Positions 55,769-64,000 of a DNA stretch of 64,000 nt are shown here, piece after piece (position 1 is the stretch's first letter; every line of letters begins with the position of its first letter). The DNA is from an uncultured Actinomycetota bacterium (GTDB lineage Bacteria > Actinomycetota > Actinomycetes > JAFAQI01): the NCBI GenBank assembly GCA_963770565.1, contig CAVYQE010000001.1, positions 96,001-160,000 of the forward strand. The letters are read 5' to 3'. The notes below the pieces were generated by a model. That model made no database searches. It was given only the letters and a program-made list of their open reading frames with translations, and had not been told where the DNA came from. The position numbers and the translations under genes were made by a program.

Positions 55769-56057
55769 GGCTGTGCAATCTGTGCGGTTTCGAAGCGGAA
55801 TTCGAGTTCGTGTTTTGGTCGGTTTTTGTTCCGTCCACGTACTCGCACAATTCCGACTTCTGAGGTGGCCTGAAATTCATCCCGATAGGGATGGCAGACA
55901 TTAGCCGGCGGTTGAGACCGCAGGCCGACACCGCCGGTATCGGAACGCGAAAACTTTTCTTCGACCCCGGTAGGGGTCGCAGAGCGCTGGCACCCCTGTC
56001 GGGGTGCAAACGGGATGTTCGATTTCACGACCGGTGACAGTCTCATTTTTCACAGCC
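55769..56057. mobile_element. GGCTGTG-ended MITE (copy E) between pyrH and frr
   Basis: GGCTGTGCAATC ... CATTTTTCACAGCC|TA; largely the reverse complement of the right part of copy D. Confidence 0.85.
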
Positions 56058-56102
56058 TATCCCCGCTCCCCACTCCCTGCTCCCCGCTCCCTGCTCTGCT
56101 CT

Positions 56103-56831
56103 TCAGTCCTTGGCCGCGATGATCGTGCCCACGCGCTCGCCGTTGACGGCCCGCTCGATGTTGCGTTCCTTTTTGAAGTTGAACACGAGGATCGGCATCG
56201 AGTGTTCCATGCATTGGGCAATGGCGGTGGGGTCCATAACCCGCAAGATTTTGCTCGCGGACGGCGTGATAGGTAAGTTCATGATACAAAACGGCATGGG
56301 GATTCTTTTCCGGATCATCGGAGAAGACGCCGTTGACGCGGGTGGCCTTGAGCAGGATATCGGCCTCGAGTTCCAAGGCGCGTTGGGCGGCGGCCGTGTC
56401 GGTCGTGACGAAGGGGCTCCCCGTGCCGGCGGCCAAGAGCACGATCCGCCCTTTTTCCAGATGGCGGCGGGCGCGGCGGCGAATATAGGGCTCGGCCACG
56501 CCGTCCATGCGGATCGCGGTCAGCAGCCGCGTCTGGCAGCCCAGCGATTCCAGCGCGTCTTGCAGCGCCAAGCCGTTGATCACCGTGGCCAGCATGCCCA
56601 TGTAGTGGGCCGTCGCCTCTTGAATGCTGGAATTGCCGGCCGTGAACTGGGCGCCGCGGAGGATATTGCCGCCCCCCATGACGATCGCGATCTGCACGCC
56701 CCGCTGCGCCGCTTGAACCGTCTGCCGCGCAATGTGGACCACTTCGGGCATGCTGATTCCGCGCTCCCCCGCATGGCAAAAGCTCTCGCCGGAGAGCTTG
56801 AGACGACGCGACGATAGCGCGGCGATAGCAT
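56103..56831 (-). CDS. pyrH: UMP kinase (frameshifted)
   Basis: 'YRRVV.KLSGE', 'GGGNILRG', '[10 protein letters not shown]', '[10 protein letters not shown]', 'DPEKNP', 'VMDPTA'. Confidence 0.95.
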
Positions 56832-56941
56832 GGGGATGTCGACTGCGGGACCTGGTGGAATGACAACGTCTAAGGAACGGCGGACATGAAGCCACTTGCG
56901 CCCGCTACGCAATTCGTATCGCCAGAATTCGTAATCGACTT

Positions 56942-57773
56942 TTATTCCTTGCCGAGTTCCCAGCGGACGAACCGTTTGACTTGCAGCCCGGCCTTTTTGG
57001 CGATTTGGCCGACCGTTTGCTTGTCGTCCTTCACGAACGGCTGTTCGAGCAGCACTTTTTCGCTGAAGAAGTTGCGCAAGCGGCCTTCGACCATCTTGGC
57101 GATGATATTCTCGGGCTTCCCTTCGGTCCGCGCGGCGACGGAAAGGATGTCGCGCTCCTTTTCGATGTCGGCGGGGTCGAGATGCTCCTTGGCGACGACT
57201 TTCGGCTTTTGGGCGGCGACGTGCATCGACACATCTTTGGCCGTTTCGTTGTCGCCCCCGCTCACTTCGACCAGGGCGCCGATCGAGCCGTCGTGATGCG
57301 CGTAGCCGCCGGTCGGGCCGACGAACCGGACGATCCGCCCGACCTTCACGACCTCGCGCATGCGATTGAAAAGATCGTCTTTTTGTTGGCCGAGGGTTTC
57401 GCCCGGCTTGGAGGGAGAGGGCTGAGCGAGCAATTCGTCGGCGGTCGCGGCCCCTGGCCCGGTGGCCAATTGCTTGGCCAAGTCGTTGGCCAATTGGCGG
57501 AAATCGGCGCTGCTCGAGACCGGCGCGCTCTCGCAGATACAGCTCGATCATGGCGCCGGCCGGTTGCCCGACATCGGCGAACACAGCGATTCGCCCGGCC
57601 GATGTGTCGCGGCCAAGGCGCGTTTCTTGGGTCTTGATACCCCGCTTGCGGAGCCAATCGACGGCGGCCGCTTCGTCGCCGCCGGTCTCTTGGAGGGCCT
57701 TTTTGCATTCCATCATCGGTAGGCCGGTGCGCTCGCGGAGCGACTTGACCGTGGCCGCGGTAATTTCTGGCAT
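56942..57773 (-). CDS. tsf: Translation elongation factor Ts (frameshift)
   Basis: 'ITAATVKSLRERTGLPMMECKKAL', 'MHVAA', 'GKPENII.KMVEGRL', 'LLEQPFVKD'. Confidence 0.96.
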
Positions 57774-57870
57774 GAACGATCTCCCTCGGTTATCTCGCTG
57801 GAAGTTGTGCGTAAGAAATCATGTCGCCGGAGCGGCGGCTTGGGTTCGCGCAGAGCCGGCCTGATCGGAT

Positions 57871-58067
57871 CACTGCCGCCCGGGGCCGAATCACTGCCGC
57901 CCCGGCCGAATCACTGCCGCCCCGGCCGAAACACTGCCGCCCCGGCCGAAACACTGCCATCCGGATCGGATCACTGCGGCCCCGACCTGACACTGCGGCC
58001 CCCGACCGGACACTGCGGCTCGGGCCGAATCGCAGCCGCCGGAGCGGATCGCTGCGGCCCGATCGCC
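57871..58067. repeat. About ten degenerate 20-bp tandem repeats (CACTGC core) in the rpsB-tsf spacer
   Basis: CACTGC at 57871, 57892, 57912, 57932, 57952, 57972, 57991, 58011; degenerate units at 58031 and 58050. Confidence 0.9.
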
Positions 58068-58092
58068 AGCGCCGACGATCAGGCGCCGACGA

Positions 58093-58905
58093 TCAGGCAT
58101 TGGCCTTTTCGGCAATTTCGGCGGCTTCGGCGGCATGGCCATTCGATGGCGAATCGGCGTCCGGCTTGGCCGCTGCGTCTTTGCGCCGCGGAGGCCTCGC
58201 CCTTGCCATGCCCCATCGTGGCCGCCTCGGTGCGGCCTTCGAGCACCGCGTCGGCCAATTGCTGCATGATCAATTCGATCGAACGGATGCTGTCGTCGTT
58301 GCCCGGGATCGGCAAATCGATCAAATCCGGATCGCAATCCGTGTCGATCAGGGCCAGGGTGGAAACGCCGACTTTGCGGGCTTCGCTGACGGCGTTCTTT
58401 TCCTTTTTCGGGTCGATGATCACCATGCATTCGGGGGCCCGATTCATGGTGCGGATGCCGTTGAGATTGCGATACATCTTGCGGAATTCGCGTTTCAGGG
58501 CCGATTGCATCTTTTTCGAATAGGTGGCGAACTCTTCCGACGCCATGAGCTTTTCGAGTTCTTCCAAACGGCCCAGCCGGCTGCGGATCGTGCGGAAATT
58601 GGTCAGAGTGCCGCCGAGCCAGCGATCGTTGGCAAACGGCATTCCGCAACGCAGCGCTCGCGCTGCACCGTGTCGGCCGCTTGCCGCTTGGTGCCGACGA
58701 ACAGAACCAGGCTCCCCCCCGCCGCCACTTGCTTGAGATACTTCTTGGCCCGCAGCAAACCGCGGATCGTTTCGCGCACGTCGATGATATGGATGAGATT
58801 GCGGCGGCCGAAGATATAGGGCCGCATGCGGGGATTCCAGCGACTGGCGCGATGGCCGAAATGGACGCCCGCTTCGATCAAGTCTTTCGCGGAAACACTG
58901 GGCAC
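58093..58905 (-). CDS. rpsB: 30S ribosomal protein S2 (frameshifted)
   Basis: '[10 protein letters not shown]...WNPRM', 'LFVGTK', '[10 protein letters not shown]', 'DTDCDP', 'IPGNDD.IRSI'; GTG start with GGGAG RBS. Confidence 0.96.
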
Positions 58906-59070
58906 AGAACAGACTCCCGGGGTGAGTTGGGGCACACCGGACTTGGGGCCACGCGCATCGGAGCCGGACGTCTCGCCGGCCCGCCCGCACCGCCCTCTCC
59001 GGCGTTGGGTGGAAACTTCGTCACGCTCGATACTTACATTCCTCGACCAACGTCAAGGGACAAGCCATCC

Positions 59071-59099
59071 AAGGTAGCAATTCCGGTGCCGACCGTCAA
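59071..59099 (-). promoter_or_regulatory. Promoter of the rpsB-tsf operon
   Basis: Minus strand TTGACG, 17 bp, TACCTT, with TG extended -10; leaves a ~160-nt leader. Confidence 0.55.
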
Positions 59100-59176
59100 T
59101 CGCCACCCGAACCCGACGCGTCACACAAGCCCAACGCGCTAGCAAGGGAGCCCGCTCGGCAAGCCGCGACGCGCTA

Positions 59177-59356
59177 GGAACTTGTCCAAGAACCGGCCGT
59201 GGTGAGGGATACTCGCCGCGAAACGGGTCGGGAGTCGATTTCGCCATGATGCCGGTTCGCGCTGCGGGTCGTTCAGCGGGCGAAATCGACTCCCGACCCC
59301 TTTTGGCAACGCCCGCCGGAAAATGCCCCAGTCCTCGCCGGTTCTCCGACAGTCTC
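59177..59356. mobile_element. GAGCCTGTC-family MITE upstream of the rpsB promoter
   Basis: CTA|GGAACTTGTCCAAGAACCGG ... CCGGTTCTCCGACAG with the palindromic core. Confidence 0.75.
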
Positions 59357-59436
59357 GTGGACGGTTCGGCCAATGGTATAGCATTGCAGCACCATCGTGG
59401 GATCGGGGCAAATCCGCGTTCGCGCGGCGGAAATCT

Positions 59437-60691
59437 TCAATCCTCGATCCGATACAAGCACTCTTTCGTCCGCAGGATGAGCGCTTGGCCGGCGACGGCC
59501 GGAGAGGCTTTGCAGCCGTCGTCGAGCAGGTTGGCGGCGAGCGCTTCGTATTTGCGGCCCGGCTTGACGACGGTCGTCTTGCCGTTTTCGTCGCAGAAAT
59601 AGATGCGGCCGGCGGCGGCGATCGGCGAGGCCGAAAAATCGCCCCCCAGCCGCTTCGCCCACACGATCTTGCCCGTCTTGGCGTCCAGACACGATGCCAC
59701 GCCCGAATCGCTCACGTCATACAGCAGATCGTCGAGGAACAACGGCGAGGGCTTCGAGCCGATCGCTTTGGTCTGCTTCCAGACGATGTTCGTTCGGGTC
59801 AGGTCGCCGCTTCCTCCCGGACGCACGGCCAGCAGATTCGCCTTGCCCATACCCGTGTTGATGAACAGCAGCCCGTCGCCGAAGACGGGCCGCGCGGCCG
59901 TCGAGAAGCCGTTGTGATGAATCCGCCACAGTTCCTTGCCCGTGTGTGGATCGTAGGCCAGCGCCGCCTTCGAGCAGGCGCTGATCATCTGCAATCGGCC
60001 GCCGGTCTCGATCACCAGCGGCGTCGAAAAGGCCTTTTTGAAATCGCCGTTCGTCGTGCCGTAATCGACCGTGCGATCGGTCTTCCAGACGGTCCGGCCG
60101 GTGTGCTTGTCGAGCGCGACGAGATACTGATAATCGAAGCCGTCGAAATCGAGGATCAGCAAGTTCTCGAACAGAATCGGAGACGAGCCGGGGCCGCGAA
60201 AATGATTGCAGGGCAAATCCTGCCGCCGCCACAGCACCTGGCCGCTGCCGCTGTTGAACGCAGGCCGTGCCATAGCTGCCGAACGAGAGATAGACGCGCC
60301 CCTCTTCGATCACCGGGGTGGGCGAGGCGTAGCTGTTGTATTGCCGCGTGTCGGCCGGATGCGCGATGTCGAAGAGTTCGATGTCGTGCAGAATCCGCCC
60401 CGTCGCCGCATCGAGGCACATCGCATAGAGCTTTTTCCCGTCGGCCGTCGCGGTGGTGAGCCAGATGCGATTGCCCCACACGACCGGGCTCGACCAGCCG
60501 CGATCGTGAATCGGCGTCTTCCAGCGGATATGCTGCGTCTCGCTCCAGGTGAGCGGCAGCTTCGTCGCGGCCGAGTGCCCCTGCCCATCCGGCCCGCGGA
60601 ATTGCGGCCAGTTTTCGGCGGCGCGCAGCGAAGGGGCTGCCACGACGGAGAGCAGCAAGGCCAATCCGAAAATCATGCGAGTTTTTGGCAT
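59437..60691 (-). CDS. PQQ-binding-like beta-propeller protein (frameshift)
   Basis: Signal peptide, 'ENWPQFRGP.GQG', 'GWSSPVV', 'ASPTPV', 'FSTPLV', 'ASPA' repeats. Confidence 0.92.
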
Positions 60692-60694
60692 TTG

Positions 60695-61378
60695 TCAAAC
60701 GCTTCGAAGATCGAGGGAAGGAAACAGTCTGTTGAGCCAGCGCAACAGCGCCAGCGCCTCGGGGGAGTCGTGACGGAGAAACTCGGCAATGATGACGGTC
60801 CCAAACGGAATGCCCGGCTCGGTCTGCCACGACAACCAGCAGTGAATCCAGGCCTTATCGAAATCGGTGTCGCTGAAACGAGCGCCGAGGTCTTTGGCCT
60901 TGCGCGTGCTCGTTTCGGAATGCGCCCACAGCGCGTCGCCGCCGGGAACCAACGTTTTCAACAGGTGCTCGAGTTTGCCGTGATCGGTGGCGCAATCGGG
61001 CATCATCCAAACGCCCCTCGGATGCGGGTAGCTCGGGATCCGATCGACATAACCATCCGGCGGGCAAACGGCGGGCGGCTCGAGCCCGACTGCGATCAAC
61101 CGCGAACGCACCGCGCTCCACCGATCGGCGATCTTCACATCGACGTCCAGGACAAACCCTATCGGCCGATCGGTGGCGGTGCGCACGGCATCGCCCATGT
61201 TGGCCAAAAGTGCTTCGACCCCTTCGGCTTTGGTTGCGACATTCTCGACCACTTGGATCTGCAAGGGCCTCTTCGCTTCGGACAAATCGACGCCGTGCCG
61301 TTGGAGCAAAGCCGCGACCGTATGCAGATCGTTTTTGCCCTCTACGTGCAAGATCGGTCGATCGCTCATGATGCTCAT
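60695..61378 (-). CDS. DUF3226-like TOPRIM-type protein
   Basis: 'LHVEGKND', 'FVLDVD', 'GVWMMPD....G.LE', 'KAWIH.WL.WQ..PG'; ATG overlaps the ATPase TGA (TGATG). Confidence 0.75.
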   Translation of the reverse strand: MSIMSDRPILHVEGKNDLHTVAALLQRHGVDLSEAKRPLQIQVVENVATKAEGVEALLANMGDAVRTATDRPIGFVLDVDVKIADRWSAVRSRLIAVGLEPPAVCPPDGYVDRIPSYPHPRGVWMMPDCATDHGKLEHLLKTLVPGGDALWAHSETSTRKAKDLGARFSDTDFDKAWIHCWLSWQTEPGIPFGTVIIAEFLRHDSPEALALLRWLNRLFPSLDLRSV

Positions 61379-62499
61379 CAGCGGGGATCGATACGGCCCT
61401 TCACCATCCGCACCAGCGCATCGCCCGAAAACTCGATGCTGTGCGGTATGAACCGATCGATTTTGTGAATCGCCACCTCGCTCATCAGGCTCGGCTGGCT
61501 CGCGCATAACAGGGACAAGCCTTCGATGCAGTCCCAACTGTGAGTCGTCGCGAAGACCTGTGCATTCGCGGCGGCAGCTCGTTCGACGATCAGCTTCCAA
61601 ACATCCGGCATCACCGAATAATGAAAGCCCGTGTCGATTTCGTCCACAAATAGGCAGCCGTTTTGCGAAACGGCCAATGAAATCGCCAGCGCCATGATCC
61701 GCCGCATCCCATCGCCCATGCTGCCCAGCGGAATTCGCGCTTCTTGGCCCTGCATCCCGACCACGAACCCGGCGCGGGAAGGGGCATATCCCGATCCGAG
61801 CATTCCGGTCAGCGGGCGAACGGATTCGACTTGGCTTTCGAGGATCCGCAGCGCCCCCTCGACGTCGGCTTCTTGACCCTTGGTCAAAGTGACCTCGTCC
61901 CACATCATGGCCATGTCGATCGCCTCCAGCGAATCCGGACCGATAAACCGCGAACCGGGGCCGTGCGTGCCGCGCGGCGCAGCCACGTGTCCCAACCGAT
62001 GGGGAAATCCGAAATCCACGGCGCCATCGCGAGTCATTTCGAACAAGGGCTGCTCCCGCTGCTCGGTTTCCGTCTCGGTAGGCGACCCCCTGATTTGGAA
62101 ATACAGCCCCGCACCGGTCTCCGGCTCGACACGAGCGACGCCCGAGTTGAGCCGACCGTTTTCGCGAACGGTTGCCTTGACATCGACGGGAGCGCTATCG
62201 TTGTTGCCGGCGAGCGAAAAGGATGCATCGGCCACCAGTTTATGTCCGTGGAAAAAACGGGCAATATCGACCCTGACGGGGTTCCTTCCGGCGAGGCTTC
62301 GAACGATGACTTCTCCTCGTCTCTCCGCCGCCTCGGCAAGCACGTTGGGATCGCCGCCGGTTGCCAAGAACTGAATTCCTTCCAGAATCGCCGTTTTGCC
62401 GCTGTTGTTCTTGCCGACGAGCAGATTGACCCGCGACAAGCCCTCCAGGCGATAGGACTTGAAACCGCGGTAGTTCTCGATTGAGACGCAGGTCAACAT
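61378..62499 (-). CDS. AAA_21/AbiEii-type ABC ATPase
   Basis: 'IENYRGF', Walker A 'GKNNSGKT', 'SMGDGMRR', Walker B 'LFVDEIDTGFH', 'FATTHS'. Confidence 0.9.
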   Translation of the reverse strand: MLTCVSIENYRGFKSYRLEGLSRVNLLVGKNNSGKTAILEGIQFLATGGDPNVLAEAAERRGEVIVRSLAGRNPVRVDIARFFHGHKLVADASFSLAGNNDSAPVDVKATVRENGRLNSGVARVEPETGAGLYFQIRGSPTETETEQREQPLFEMTRDGAVDFGFPHRLGHVAAPRGTHGPGSRFIGPDSLEAIDMAMMWDEVTLTKGQEADVEGALRILESQVESVRPLTGMLGSGYAPSRAGFVVGMQGQEARIPLGSMGDGMRRIMALAISLAVSQNGCLFVDEIDTGFHYSVMPDVWKLIVERAAAANAQVFATTHSWDCIEGLSLLCASQPSLMSEVAIHKIDRFIPHSIEFSGDALVRMVKGRIDPR

Positions 62500-62662
62500 G
62501 CGAAGCTCTCGTGTGTGTCTTGCGAAGCCATTGTAGAGCATCGGACCACGCGCTGCCACCATTGCGGCGGAGCTTCGGATTGCAATGCTTGGACCAAACT
62601 CTTAGAATCCCGATGAATCATACAGCGCGATCGGCCGCCGGTCGCGCGGCCGGGGGGAACGG

Positions 62663-64000
62663 ATGCTCGTTGTGGATCGTGCAAAACTGCAGGGCCGTTC
62701 GATGGCCGCCAGCGGCGGAATCCTCGGGGTGGCCGATTTGGAAATCGGCGATCGGTTGGCCGTGCATCTCGCCGGCGGCGGCAGCCGGCTGGAGGTGCCT
62801 GCGCTGCTTGCCGACCGCACGGCCCCGCTACCGCAGTTGGAGGATGAGACCGGGGCGGCGCTCGAGTTCCGCGTCCATTCCGCCGAATCGACCCCCTGCT
62901 GGCATGTGCCGCGATTGGCCGAATCGGCGAAAAACATCGGGCCGGATGCGTGGCTCGAATTTCGCGGCGAGGGGCGATTCCGCCTTGTCTCCGGAAAAGC
63001 GCCTGCCCCGTTTGCCGACGAGGAATTCACGACCGAGCAGGGGATTCGCGTCGTCTTGAAGGGCGAGCCCGATTGGAAGCTGCTCTTCGATCGGCAGCCC
63101 CATATCGCCTCGCTCGACGAAGTGAATCTCGCGTTGCGGGCCGCCCGGCTGGCCACGCACGCCGGCTTCGATCAATTGATTTCCTTGCCGCAAGTCCGCG
63201 ACATGGAACTGCTCGAGCATCAAATCCGCACCGCCCGCACCGTGCTCCGCCGCTTCCGCGGCCGGGCCATGCTCTGCGACGAAGTCGGCCTGGGCAAGAC
63301 GGTCGAGGCCGGGTTGATCCTCTCGGAGTTGCATTTGCGCGGGCTGGCGCGGTCGGTGCTGATTCTCGTCCCCCCGTCGCTCATCGAGCAGTGGCAGGGA
63401 GAATTGCGGCGCAAGTTTTCACTCGATTTCACGTCGCACGACGCGGCCGAGTTTCGCGGCGAGGGGACCGCGGCCTGGAGTCAGTTCGACCGGGTGATCG
63501 TTTCGATCCACACGGCCAAGCGCGATCCGCATCGCTCGGCCATCTTGGCCCGGCATTGGGATCTCGTGATCGTCGACGAGGCCCATCATCTGCGCAACCG
63601 CACGACGCAGCTTTGGCGGTTCGCCAGCCAGTTGGACAAGCAATTCATGCTGCTGCTAACCGCCACGCCCGTGCAAAACAATCTCGACGAACTGTTCAAT
63701 CTGGTGACGCTGTTGGAGCCGGGCTTGCTCTCGACCGCCAAGCAATTCCAGCGGCATTTCGTCGATCGCCGCGACAAGCTCACGCCGCAAAACGTCGACG
63801 AGCTGCACGGCCTGCTCGCCGAAGTGATGGTCCGCAACCGTCGGAGCACGGTCGGGCTGCAATTCACGCGCCGCTGGGCGCGCACCGAGAGCCTCCCGCT
63901 GTCGCCGGCCGAGCAGGCGCTCTACGACAATGTGACCGGCTTCGTCCGGCAGCATTCGAAGCGCGACGAAAAAACAGACCAGAGCGATGAAGCGGAAAAG
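62663..64000 (+). CDS. SNF2-family helicase (YqhH-like), 3' end beyond the window
   Basis: Open frame from ATG 62663 to the window end (absent from the ORF track): 'LLEHQ', 'LCDEVGLGKTVEAG', 'LVPPSLIEQW', 'DEAHH', 'LLTATPVQN'. Confidence 0.92.
   Translation, partial: MLVVDRAKLQGRSMAASGGILGVADLEIGDRLAVHLAGGGSRLEVPALLADRTAPLPQLEDETGAALEFRVHSAESTPCWHVPRLAESAKNIGPDAWLEFRGEGRFRLVSGKAPAPFADEEFTTEQGIRVVLKGEPDWKLLFDRQPHIASLDEVNLALRAARLATHAGFDQLISLPQVRDMELLEHQIRTARTVLRRFRGRAMLCDEVGLGKTVEAGLILSELHLRGLARSVLILVPPSLIEQWQGELRRKFSLDFTSHDAAEFRGEGTAAWSQFDRVIVSIHTAKRDPHRSAILARHWDLVIVDEAHHLRNRTTQLWRFASQLDKQFMLLLTATPVQNNLDELFNLVTLLEPGLLSTAKQFQRHFVDRRDKLTPQNVDELHGLLAEVMVRNRRSTVGLQFTRRWARTESLPLSPAEQALYDNVTGFVRQHSKRDEKTDQSDEAEK

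Noticed and set aside
57871-58067. Possible mini-CRISPR (CACTGC repeat plus variable spacer)
   Set aside because: The constant part is only ~6 bp and the variable parts are related to each other; kept as a tandem repeat finding instead

Overview
High-GC bacterial chromosome segment, most likely a planctomycete (Pirellulales-like). This is inferred from DUF1501, three LEVYYRY-type prenyltransferase/squalene-oxidase-repeat proteins, a PQQ-like propeller starting 'ENWPQFRGP', a PEP-CTERM protein and the repeat style. Gene order: orphan RHS toxin/immunity block; TadE-TadE-TadG(vWA)-ABC ATPase-permease; feoA-feoA-feoB-small Cys-rich protein; modABC; DUF4105; DUF1501; ATP-grasp/alpha-E plus transglutaminase; thyX; antitoxin, VapC stub and SMI1/KNR4; glpK; thioredoxin-YHS; rho with a long structured leader; two GT-C glycosyltransferases; three prenyltransferase-like paralogues; DUF4337; HD nuclease; TPR; PEP-CTERM; Bfd; sensor kinase; PPIase; SDR, ppa, CHAD; frr-pyrH-tsf-rpsB; PQQ propeller; AAA ATPase plus TOPRIM-like (DUF3226-like) pair; SNF2 helicase running off the right end. 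Many genes, including essential ones (rpsB, tsf, pyrH, frr, thyX), carry 1-nt frameshifts. I read these as long-read indel errors, so gene boundaries were stitched by hand across frames. Intergenic DNA is saturated with several REP/MITE families that nest, swap ends and tandemly amplify. No tRNA, rRNA, CRISPR array or transposase was recognised. Best leads: an RHS C-terminal toxin with a GNAT-like pattern and a PH-like immunity partner, the modular GGCTGTG MITE shells with exchangeable palindromic cargo, the structured rho leader RNA, a 20-bp phased array inside rpsB-tsf, and the Tad-pseudopilin plus ABC operon. All family assignments come from motif recognition by eye, not from database searches.
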